From the IMG/VR virus record IMGVR_UViG_3300045988_122807: a DNA stretch of 51,093 bases; one strand, given 5' to 3'. The notes beneath the pieces were generated by a model. The model saw nothing but the letters and a program-made list of their open reading frames with translations, did no database searches and was not told the DNA's origin. A program made the translations under genes and the position numbers. Numbering within the stretch: position 1 is the stretch's first letter; the number at the start of each line of letters is the position of its first letter. Below, piece after piece: positions 39,423-47,240 of the stretch. This stretch comes from a virus.

Positions 39423-39914
39423 ATGCCTGTGACAGAAGCAAAAAAGCCCCCCGCGTATCTGCGGGAGGCACGTTCAAGGGCTGGATATGCAAACCGGGTG
39501 GCTGCGTCTATGGCTGTACCCTTTTCCCCGGAGACCATAGGCCGGCATGAGCGGGGCGACGTAGATATGGAGCCGGAGGACGCCATCCTCTACTCCGAGA
39601 AGTACCGGGACCCGTCAATCCTGGTCCACTACTGCGCGGACTGCCCCATCGGAAAGAGGACCGGGAAGGCCGTCACCGACCGCCCCCTCCCGTTCGCCAC
39701 GCTGAGGGTCAGCCGTATGCTGGATGAGGCCCAGCAGATTGCCGACCGGCTGGAGGACATTGCCTTTGATGGGCAAATCGACGCCGGGGAGAAGGCGGAC
39801 TTCGAGAACGCCCTGGCCTTCCTCCGGGAGCTGGACCAGACCATAAACGATATGTTGCTGCTCGGTATGCGGGCGGGAATGGCTGAAGCCGCCACACCCG
39901 CCGGGAACGGGTGA
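39423..39914 (+). CDS. HTH-domain regulatory protein
   Basis: ATG lies 8 nt after AGGAGG. YLREARSRAGYANRVAASMAVPFSPETIGRHERG is an HTH_3-like segment. Confidence 0.5.
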   Translation: MPVTEAKKPPAYLREARSRAGYANRVAASMAVPFSPETIGRHERGDVDMEPEDAILYSEKYRDPSILVHYCADCPIGKRTGKAVTDRPLPFATLRVSRMLDEAQQIADRLEDIAFDGQIDAGEKADFENALAFLRELDQTINDMLLLGMRAGMAEAATPAGNG

Positions 39915-39998
39915 AGCGGCTCCATGAAGAAATAACCACATTTACTGTACCACACCGACCTGCCGCTGTCAAGCGGCTGCTGAAAGGAGAAATAACCC

Positions 39999-40232
39999 AT
40001 GCTGAAAGTGACCGTTCAGGAGAAAGAGGACGAGCTGGAGTGCTCTTGCGAGGCGGAAGGGAACCTCAATGACATCTGCAACCAGACCCTCAATGCCATC
40101 CAGTGCATTTACGATACCCTGCGTCAGACCTGCAGCCCGAGTGAGCTGTTTTTCTTCCGTGAGATGGTGAAGGCTGGCGTCCAGCGGAAGGATTCGCCCG
40201 TCTGGCGGAAACCTGAAAAGGAGGAGAAATAA
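39999..40232 (+). CDS. Hypothetical protein
   Basis: RBS cassette TGAAAGGAGAAATAACCCATG. 77 aa. Confidence 0.5.
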   Translation: MLKVTVQEKEDELECSCEAEGNLNDICNQTLNAIQCIYDTLRQTCSPSELFFFREMVKAGVQRKDSPVWRKPEKEEK

Positions 40233-40234
40233 CC

Positions 40235-40498
40235 ATGATTGAAGTCAATGTAAACCCCAAGGGAGAGGGCCACGACGTAATGGTGGCCGTCAATGGAAAT
40301 TTCAAGGAGCTGCTCACCGAGGCGTTTTTGGCTATCGGGACCATCTGCGCCAGCATCAGGGAGATTGGACCGGTGGAGGGCGCTATCTTCGACGGCCTGC
40401 TCGAAAAGGCCGTTGTGGATAAGACCTCCCCTCTCTGGAACCTCAATAGCGCAGACCAGACCAAAATCACCTTCGACCCCTCCCTCCACAAGAAATGA
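40235..40498 (+). CDS. Hypothetical protein
   Basis: RBS cassette GGAGAAATAACCATG. 87 aa. Confidence 0.5.
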   Translation: MIEVNVNPKGEGHDVMVAVNGNFKELLTEAFLAIGTICASIREIGPVEGAIFDGLLEKAVVDKTSPLWNLNSADQTKITFDPSLHKK

Positions 40499-40701
40499 GC
40501 AGATGGGACGTGCCGGACCACCCCGTTATCGTGGCCTGTGAGCGGACGGGCTACCCGCCGGGGATGGAGCCGAAGGCCTACACCTGCCCTATCTGCGGCG
40601 AGGAGTGCGAGACGGTTTATCTGAACTTTGTCCGGGAGCCCGTGGGCTGTGACGTTTGCCTGACGGCCAAGGACGTGTACGACTACTACGAGGAGGAGTG
40701 A
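40495..40701 (+). CDS. Small zinc-ribbon-like protein
   Basis: CPICGEEC...CDVC in 68 aa. Overlapping start. Confidence 0.45.
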   Translation: MSRWDVPDHPVIVACERTGYPPGMEPKAYTCPICGEECETVYLNFVREPVGCDVCLTAKDVYDYYEEE

Positions 40702-40704
40702 CCA

Positions 40705-41652
40705 ATGCGAGGTATCAAGAAAGTGTCCACTGCTGGTATGAGCCGGGAGGACTGGCTGGAGCAGCGGAGGCACACCATTGGCGGGTCTGACGCCGCCGGC
40801 ATCATCGGCCTGTCTAAGTGGTCCAGCCCCGTGAGCGTGTGGGCTGATAAGACCGGGAGGCTGCCAGATAAGCCGGACACCGAGGCCATGAGGCTGGGCC
40901 GGGACCTGGAGGGCTACGTTGCCCGACGGTGGATGGAGGCCACCGGGAAGAAGGTGCGGCGGCTCAACGCCATGCTCTACAACGAGCTCTATCCCTTCGC
41001 CCATGCTGATATTGACCGGGAAGTTATTGGGGAACGGGCTGGCCTGGAGTGTAAGACCACCTCCACCCTGGACGTGAAGCAGTTCCAGGGGGTGGAGTTC
41101 CCGGTGAAGTATTACGTCCAATGCGTCCACTACCTGGCCGTCACCGGCTACGACCGCTGGTATCTGTCCGTTCTGGTGTTTGGCCGGGGCCTGTTCAACT
41201 TCGTGCTGGAGCGGGACCAGGCCGAAATCGACGCCCTGATGAAGGCCGAAGGGGAGTTCTGGGAGCTGGTGGAGAAGGACACCCCACCATCCGTTGATGG
41301 GACCGAGCCCACCTCTGAAACCCTCCAGACCATTTACCGGGAGAGCTCGGACGCTGATATTGTCCAGCTCTTTGGCCGGGAGGGGCTGCTTCAGGAGTGG
41401 AGCGGCATCAAGGAGCAGATGGAGGCCCTGAAGGGCCGGAAGGAAGAAATCGAGAACACCATCAAGCTGGACCTGAAGGAGGCCGAGCGGGGGGCCTGTA
41501 AAGGCTACGGGATTACCTGGAGGCCCCAGACCCGCCGGACCTTCCAGACCGCGGCCTTTGAGAAAGCGCACCCAAATATTGACCTGTCCCCGTTCTATAA
41601 GACCAGCGAATCTAGGGTGCTTCGGATCACTGTTAACAAGGAGGCTATTTGA
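40705..41652 (+). CDS. YqaJ-like recombination exonuclease (lambda Exo family)
   Basis: REDWLEQRRHTIGGSDAAGIIGLSKWSSPVSVW...GRDLEGYVA...HADIDREV...GLECKTTS...YYVQCVHYLAVTG. Confidence 0.85.
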   Translation: MRGIKKVSTAGMSREDWLEQRRHTIGGSDAAGIIGLSKWSSPVSVWADKTGRLPDKPDTEAMRLGRDLEGYVARRWMEATGKKVRRLNAMLYNELYPFAHADIDREVIGERAGLECKTTSTLDVKQFQGVEFPVKYYVQCVHYLAVTGYDRWYLSVLVFGRGLFNFVLERDQAEIDALMKAEGEFWELVEKDTPPSVDGTEPTSETLQTIYRESSDADIVQLFGREGLLQEWSGIKEQMEALKGRKEEIENTIKLDLKEAERGACKGYGITWRPQTRRTFQTAAFEKAHPNIDLSPFYKTSESRVLRITVNKEAI

Positions 41653-41654
41653 CC

Positions 41655-42548
41655 ATGGCAGCTAATAATACCATCCAGCGGCGCGCCCAGGAAACCGCCG
41701 CCGCCCGGACCTCTGAAGGCCCGACCATGCAGCAGTACATCAAGCAGATGCAGGGGGAAATCAAGAAGGCTCTGCCCGCCGTGATGACCCCGGAGCGGTT
41801 CAGCCGCATTGTGCTGTCTGCCCTCTCTACCAACCCGAAGCTGGCAGAGACCACCCCGCAATCCTTCCTGGGGGCTATGATGACCGCCGCCCAGCTCGGC
41901 GTGGAGCCCAACACCCCCCTGGGTCAGGCCTACCTCATTCCCTTCTGGAACAGTAAGGCTCGCGCCCTCGAATGCCAGTTCCAACTCGGATACAAGGGCC
42001 TCCTCGACCTGGCCTACCGTTCCGGGGAAGTCTCCACCGTCATGGCCCAGGTGGTCTATGAGAACGACGAGTTCGAGTATTCCTTCGGCCTGGAGCCGAA
42101 GCTGGTACACCGGCCGGCCATGGAGGACCGGGGCAACCCGAAGTATGTCTATGCTATGTTCCGCACCAAGGATGGGGGCTACGGATATGAGGTCATGTCC
42201 ATTGCTGATGTCCGGGCCCATGCCCAGAGATACAGCAAGTCCTTCCAAAATGGCCCGTGGCAGACCAACTTCGAGGAAATGGCGAAAAAGACCGTGCTCA
42301 AACGGGTGCTAAAGTATGCCCCCCTGAAGTCTGAGTTCATGCGGGCGGTGACCCAGGACGAGGTCATCAAGAATGACCTCAGCGCCGATATGTACGAGGT
42401 CCCCAACGTGTATGTGGAGGCCGACTACGACGTGGACCCGGCTACCGGGGAAATCGTGAGAGGGCCGGAGGAGCCCGCCAAGGATGGGGAGCCCAAGCCC
42501 CGCGAAGATAAGGGCACGGAGGACGGCCAGCAGCGCATGACGGTGTGA
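41655..42548 (+). CDS. recT: RecT single-strand annealing protein
   Basis: SFLGAMMTAAQLGVEPNTPLGQAYLIPF...QLGYKGLLDLAYRSGEV...PWQTNFEEMAKKTVLKRVLKYAP. Confidence 0.88.
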   Translation: MAANNTIQRRAQETAAARTSEGPTMQQYIKQMQGEIKKALPAVMTPERFSRIVLSALSTNPKLAETTPQSFLGAMMTAAQLGVEPNTPLGQAYLIPFWNSKARALECQFQLGYKGLLDLAYRSGEVSTVMAQVVYENDEFEYSFGLEPKLVHRPAMEDRGNPKYVYAMFRTKDGGYGYEVMSIADVRAHAQRYSKSFQNGPWQTNFEEMAKKTVLKRVLKYAPLKSEFMRAVTQDEVIKNDLSADMYEVPNVYVEADYDVDPATGEIVRGPEEPAKDGEPKPREDKGTEDGQQRMTV

Positions 42549-42596
42549 CCTCCTGGGCTGACGCCAAAGCAATGATACGGAGGGAGGGGCTGCCGG

Positions 42597-43307
42597 GTGC
42601 GCTATCTGACCGAAATCAATGCTTTCGAGCGGCTGATGGACCGGCACCCCCTCCCTGGAACTGCCCAGCTCCTATGGTACAAACTGATGCGCGAGGCGAA
42701 CCGGCAACGCTGGCCTGAAGCAATAGCACTGGACAATGATACGGCCATGGGGCTTGTGGGCGTGACTGTGCACGCCTTTAGAAAGGCCAGGACCTCCCTC
42801 TCCGACGCCGGCCTCCTGGAGTTCTCCCAGGGGGTGAAGGGACAGCCGAGCACATACAGGCTCATACCTCCCTCTCTGGTGGAGCTCCAGGAGAGCCAAG
42901 GGGACGCCGCAGGGCTTCCCTATGAGGAGGGCGCCGAGTACATGGAGGACGTGGAGGCCCCGGAGCGTTACTTCGGATGGACTGAAGCCGCCGGGAGGGA
43001 GCTTGCGAAAATCACCCGTGACCTGTTCGCCGCGTACTGGCCTGGGCGGTCCCCTGATGACCGGGACCGCCAGCGGGTGTTTTTCTACATCAAGGACCAG
43101 AGGCAGGACGAGGACGGCGAGTGGACCATGAGCTTCCCAGAGGAGCGGAAGGCTCTGCTTGCCTATGCGTTCGAGGCGGCGTCAAGGGCTGGGGCCGTCA
43201 ACTGGAACTATATCGCCGGAGTATATAGGAACCTGGGGGCCAGGGGCATCAAGACCGTGGAGCAAGCGCATGAATACGACGAGAAAAGGAGTTCTCAATA
43301 CCGATGA
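42597..43307 (+). CDS. Replication protein with a DnaD-like C-terminal domain
   Basis: GTG start. N-terminal wHTH-like segment. The C-terminus AGAVNWNYIAGVYRNLGARGIKTVEQAHEY is the DnaD-domain signature. Confidence 0.65.
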   Translation: MRYLTEINAFERLMDRHPLPGTAQLLWYKLMREANRQRWPEAIALDNDTAMGLVGVTVHAFRKARTSLSDAGLLEFSQGVKGQPSTYRLIPPSLVELQESQGDAAGLPYEEGAEYMEDVEAPERYFGWTEAAGRELAKITRDLFAAYWPGRSPDDRDRQRVFFYIKDQRQDEDGEWTMSFPEERKALLAYAFEAASRAGAVNWNYIAGVYRNLGARGIKTVEQAHEYDEKRSSQYR

Positions 43308-43984
43308 GAAATCAGATCAGACCGAGAGGGGGACGAAGGCTGGCAAAGCGCCGCCGCCCCATGCTGGGCGTGGTGCTGGTGGTGGCCCTCTCCTCCCTGG
43401 CCCTGCTGTCATTTTCTTTCCCTGCTGAGGGGGAGAACTACCAGGGCGTCCAGAAAGGGGCCCAGCAGAGCGCACAAGCCGTGCTTCCGTCTCCTGGGTG
43501 GGAAATTACCCTCGTTCAGGCAGAGCCCTCCAGCGGGCGGGAAATGGCCCAGGCAGCGGAAGTAGAAGCCGAGGCGCCGATACTCTGGACCGAGGCCGAG
43601 CTGGAGCTGATAGCTCAGACCGTGTGGGCCGAGGCCAGGGGCGTGGAGAGCCGGGCGGAGCAGGCCGCCGTGGTGTGGTGTATCCTCAACCGAGTGGACG
43701 CCGGGACCTGGGGAGACACCATCTCCCAGGTGGTTACATACCCCAGCCAATTTGCCTGGGACCCTGCCAGCCCCGTGGAAGCTGAGTTCGTGGAGCTGGC
43801 CGAAGATGTGTGCCGCCGGTGGGCAGCTGAGAAGGCCGGGGCCTCTGATGTGGGCCGGACCCTGCCGGCCGGATACCTGTACTTCGAGGGGGACGGAGAG
43901 CGGAACCACTTCAGAACGGAGTGGGAGAAGGACTGGGGGCGCACCTGGGACTGGAGCCTCCCGGACCCGTATCTGGAGGGGTAG
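43304..43984 (+). CDS. Secreted or anchored cell-wall hydrolase (SleB / Hydrolase_2 family)
   Basis: N-terminal basic and hydrophobic signal/anchor (RRRPMLGVVLVVALSSLALLSF). ELIAQTVWAEARGVESRAEQAAVVWCILNRVD...TISQVVTYPSQFAW. Confidence 0.75.
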   Translation: MRNQIRPRGGRRLAKRRRPMLGVVLVVALSSLALLSFSFPAEGENYQGVQKGAQQSAQAVLPSPGWEITLVQAEPSSGREMAQAAEVEAEAPILWTEAELELIAQTVWAEARGVESRAEQAAVVWCILNRVDAGTWGDTISQVVTYPSQFAWDPASPVEAEFVELAEDVCRRWAAEKAGASDVGRTLPAGYLYFEGDGERNHFRTEWEKDWGRTWDWSLPDPYLEG

Positions 43985-43985
43985 T

Positions 43986-44432
43986 ATGCTCGAACTTATT
44001 CCGATGACCCTCCGGGAGGCCAATGCCTTTGTGGAGCAGCACCACCGTCACCACAAGCCTGTGGTGGGGCACAAATTTTCCATAGGGGTATCCGACGGGG
44101 AGAAGGTCGTGGGAGTTGCCATCGTAGGCCGCCCGGTGGGACGCTTTCTGGACGACGGCTGGACCCTGGAAGTCACCCGCCTTTGTACTGATGGCACACA
44201 CAATGCCTGCTCAATGCTCTATGCGGCCGCCTGGAGAGCTGCCAGGGCTATGGGGTACAGGCGTGTGGTGACATACATTCTGGAGAGTGAAACAGGGGCA
44301 AGCCTGAAGGCCGCCGGGTGGAAGTGCGTCGGGAAGGCCGGGGGCCTGAGATGGACCGGGAGACGGCGCCCAGAGGTGGACCTGTACCCGGCACAAATGA
44401 AAATCCGTTTCGAGCGGACCGAGGAGGAATGA
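43986..44432 (+). CDS. Small GNAT-fold-like protein (resembles the prophage 'XF1762-type' family as I recall it)
   Basis: MTLREANAFVEQHHRHHKPVVGHKFSIGVSDGEKVVGVAIVGRPVGRFLDDGWTLEVTRLCTDGTHNACSMLYAAAWRAARAMGYRRVVTYIL..E.GASLKAAGW. Family name and fold are recalled, not searched. Confidence 0.45.
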   Translation: MLELIPMTLREANAFVEQHHRHHKPVVGHKFSIGVSDGEKVVGVAIVGRPVGRFLDDGWTLEVTRLCTDGTHNACSMLYAAAWRAARAMGYRRVVTYILESETGASLKAAGWKCVGKAGGLRWTGRRRPEVDLYPAQMKIRFERTEEE

Positions 44433-44713
44433 CCGTGCCGCTGTTGATTTATTACCGCAAGGACGGGGCTATCGTCCACCACCACCTTGCCCCTGCAGCC
44501 TGGGGGCCGGAGGAGTTGAAGAAGAAAATCGAGGAGTACAACGCCGAGCACCCGGAGCGCCCCGCCTACTCCCTGGAGGTGGAGCCCGGAAGCCTGACCG
44601 AGTACCTTCTGGGGAAAATTCAGGCTGAGGCCCGCCGCTCCGATGAAGCAATCGAGGAGGCCCTGGACGCCCTGGACACCGCCAGGGATTGTGTGAGGAG
44701 CCTTCAGAAGTAG
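44429..44713 (+). CDS. Hypothetical protein
   Basis: ATG overlaps the upstream stop and follows GAGGAGGA. 94 aa. Confidence 0.5.
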   Translation: MTVPLLIYYRKDGAIVHHHLAPAAWGPEELKKKIEEYNAEHPERPAYSLEVEPGSLTEYLLGKIQAEARRSDEAIEEALDALDTARDCVRSLQK

Positions 44714-44723
44714 GGGGCAAGGT

Positions 44724-44912
44724 ATGGGGAGATTATTTCCGAGAGGCTGCACCATATTCAACTGTGACCGCCGGCGTGGGAATGTCTGCTGCGCTGATTG
44801 CGGCTTTAAGTCAAGCGGGGCCTGCAAAAACCCCTGCCTGAATGGGCCGGACCGTTGCGGCCAGGTCCTGCCGAGAGCTAAAACCAACCAGACCAAGAAC
44901 GGGAGGAAATGA
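44724..44912 (+). CDS. Small Cys-rich protein (9 Cys in 62 aa)
   Basis: CTIFNCDRRRGNVCCADCGFKSSGACKNPCLNGPDRC. Confidence 0.4.
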   Translation: MGRLFPRGCTIFNCDRRRGNVCCADCGFKSSGACKNPCLNGPDRCGQVLPRAKTNQTKNGRK

Positions 44913-44914
44913 CG

Positions 44915-45247
44915 ATGGAATTTGAACTTGTGGAGATGACCCCGGAGCAGCGGGAGATGGCCCTTTATGAGGAGGCCGTGGAGCATTTTGGAGAGAAGGC
45001 CCAAATCCTCCAGACCGTTGAGGAGATGGCCGAGCTCACCAAGGCCCTGCTGAAGTATATCCGCTATAAGGACTTCGGCCATGGGGACCTGGGCGACATT
45101 CTGGAGTGCATCAATGAGGAACGGGCCGACGTGTCCATCATGCTCAACCAAATGGAGGTCATCTTCGGTGACAACAGTGTGGACGAGTGCTTGAAGCTGA
45201 AGCACCTTCGGGAGTTCCTGGACGAAGATGGACGAGCCGAGGAATGA
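44915..45247 (+). CDS. MazG-like nucleotide pyrophosphohydrolase
   Basis: EExxE...E..D pattern: QTVEEMAELTKALLKY ... NEERADVSIMLNQM. The ATG at 44915 has better RBS spacing than 44909. Confidence 0.6.
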   Translation: MEFELVEMTPEQREMALYEEAVEHFGEKAQILQTVEEMAELTKALLKYIRYKDFGHGDLGDILECINEERADVSIMLNQMEVIFGDNSVDECLKLKHLREFLDEDGRAEE

Positions 45248-45437
45248 AGTTTTCACCATCCCCGCCCGCCGGTGTAAGCGGTGCGGCGGCCTCCTGACCA
45301 GCAAGCAGGGCCTCCGGGACGGATACGGGCCCTGCTGCCTCCAGAAGATGCGCCGGGAGGAGGCCGAGCGGAAGATGGCCGAGAACCAATACAGCCTGTT
45401 TGATACCGGCGGGCTGAATGAGACGGAGGAGAAATAA
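45228..45437 (+). CDS. DUF6011-like small protein
   Basis: CKRCGGLLTSKQGLRDGYGPCC matches the CxxCGRxLT..S...GiGPxC pattern. Confidence 0.45.
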   Translation: MDEPRNEVFTIPARRCKRCGGLLTSKQGLRDGYGPCCLQKMRREEAERKMAENQYSLFDTGGLNETEEK

Positions 45438-45439
45438 CC

Positions 45440-46255
45440 ATGAACCTTCACAAAACGAAAATCGAGTGGGCGACGCATACCTGGAACCCCGTTACCGGGT
45501 GCCGCCATGGGTGCGAATACTGCTATGCCAGGCGCTTCATTGCCCGCTTCGCTCCCCATGTATGCGAGAGGCCGGAGCCTGAGCCTCTGGAGTTCCTGCC
45601 CAAGGGGTCTGGCCTCTTTGTGGCCGATACCCCCTCCCGTCTGGTGGATGAGGCCGAGGCCTATGTGCGAAGCACCCCTTACCCAAAGGGCTTTGCCCCT
45701 ACTTACCACACCTACACCCTGAGCTATCCCGAAAAGCGGTTTATCCCCTCTCGGGTGTTTGTGTCCAGCATGGGGGACCTATTCGGGGAGTGGGTCCCGG
45801 AGGCCTGGATAGAGGAGATTTTCGAGGCCTGCAAGCGGGCGCCCCAGCATACCTATCTGTTCCTCACAAAGAACCCCCGGCGCTACTGCGACCTCGCCAA
45901 CGCCGGGAAGCTCCCGGCGGAGCCGAACTTCTGGTACGGAACGACGGTGACAGGGAAAGGGGCCCCGGCCTTTGCTGAGAGTGTCCACTTCAACACCTTC
46001 CTGAGCATTGAGCCTCTGCTGGAGGACATCGACCCCGGCCTGGGGAGCTTCGGCGGTGTCCGCTGGATTATCGTCGGGGCCATGACTGGGCCGGGCAGCC
46101 GAGATCACCAGCCCCGCCGGGGATGGGTGGAGAAAATTGTGGAGGCTGCCGCCCTGACTGGCGCCAAGGTCTTTATGAAGGACAGCCTCAAAGACGTGTG
46201 GGGCCCGGAGCTTATCCGGGAGCACCCGGAGGGCATGGTATGGCCGGAGGGATGA
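45440..46255 (+). CDS. Phage Gp37/Gp68 family protein (DUF5131)
   Basis: KIEWATHTWNPVTGCRHGCEYCYA...VFVSSMGDLFGEWVPEAWIEEIF...YLFLTKNP...FLSIEPLLEDI...WIIVGAMTG. RBS cassette GGAGGAGAAATAACCATG. Confidence 0.8.
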   Translation: MNLHKTKIEWATHTWNPVTGCRHGCEYCYARRFIARFAPHVCERPEPEPLEFLPKGSGLFVADTPSRLVDEAEAYVRSTPYPKGFAPTYHTYTLSYPEKRFIPSRVFVSSMGDLFGEWVPEAWIEEIFEACKRAPQHTYLFLTKNPRRYCDLANAGKLPAEPNFWYGTTVTGKGAPAFAESVHFNTFLSIEPLLEDIDPGLGSFGGVRWIIVGAMTGPGSRDHQPRRGWVEKIVEAAALTGAKVFMKDSLKDVWGPELIREHPEGMVWPEG

Positions 46256-46425
46256 TTACCGCCGCGCGGATAGAGTGCGAGAAGGCAGAGGACCGGGACG
46301 CCCTGGTGGTCATTCTGGCCCGGAATGGGTATGCCGTCCGGCAGGTAAGGGAGAAGCCGAACCCGAAATCTACCAAGTACGCCTACTTCGTCGAATACTG
46401 GAAAGGGGGCGCGGCCCGTGAGTAA
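46252..46425 (+). CDS. Small hypothetical protein (57 aa)
   Basis: ATGA overlap with the upstream stop. In-frame sub-ORF of track ORF 46123-46425. Confidence 0.4.
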   Translation: MITAARIECEKAEDRDALVVILARNGYAVRQVREKPNPKSTKYAYFVEYWKGGAARE

Positions 46426-46603
46426 GAAAAAGAACCTCCGCCGCCTGAGCGTGCTCATCACCGCTCAGACCATGGGGAACCTGGAGAAGCTGGCCGACAT
46501 GGAGGGCTGCGGGAGCACTGGGCGGGTCATTGATAAACTGGTGCGGGACCGTATGCTCGCCCTCCGGCTGGGGTGCAAATGGGAAGGAGGTGGGCGCAGA
46601 TGA
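46418..46603 (+). CDS. Small RHH-like protein
   Basis: RRLSVLITAQTMGNLEKLADMEG..GRVIDKLVRD strand-helix-helix pattern. GTG start. Confidence 0.4.
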   Translation: MSKKKNLRRLSVLITAQTMGNLEKLADMEGCGSTGRVIDKLVRDRMLALRLGCKWEGGGRR

Positions 46604-46872
46604 GTGTCAAGGCTGTATTTCTGTATCCCAAGTGCGGGACCGAGTTCGACCAGGAGAGGGCCCAAAGCTGCGGCCTTGAAGTAAAGAGGGAGTATGAGGT
46701 ATCTCACTTCGTAATGGGGCAAAGCAGTACGTCGGTTTACCTGGAGGGGTACACCTTGCCATTCAACTCTATCCATTTTGAATTTCTGGAGGATGGAAAG
46801 CCCCTGGACATTTTCCGGGACCCCCGCTTTAATCCCTATCTGAGAAGAATGGGAGGAGGTGGCCGACGGTGA
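46601..46872 (+). CDS. Hypothetical protein
   Basis: ATG follows GGAAGGAGGTGG. 90 aa. Lower-GC segment. Confidence 0.5.
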
Positions 46873-47240
46873 AACCGATTGATGGGGACGCTCTTTTCTG
46901 CAAGTTTTGGAGCTTGGCAGACCCTTATGTAAAACAGAAAAAAGTGTTCCCCTCCCAGGTTTGGAACCAAGCCGCCACAATGGTAAGAGAAGCGCCCAAC
47001 CTACATACTACGAATGAGATGTTGACGCTGGAGGAAATAGAAAGAGCGTATGAGACGCCTGCATGGTATCAAGACCTTTACCGAAAAACAGGATACTATG
47101 TGCTCATCGGGGAAGTTGGTAAAACTGGGCTTTTCCTGACAGACCTGGATAATACCAACGAGTTTTACAGCACCGTAGACTATGGAGCAAGATGGGCCCT
47201 ATACCGCCGCCCTCCTGATGGAGAGGAGGCCCAGCCATGA
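46869..47240 (+). CDS. Hypothetical protein
   Basis: GTG follows GGAGGAGGTGG. 123 aa. Lower-GC segment. Confidence 0.5.
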   Translation: MKPIDGDALFCKFWSLADPYVKQKKVFPSQVWNQAATMVREAPNLHTTNEMLTLEEIERAYETPAWYQDLYRKTGYYVLIGEVGKTGLFLTDLDNTNEFYSTVDYGARWALYRRPPDGEEAQP

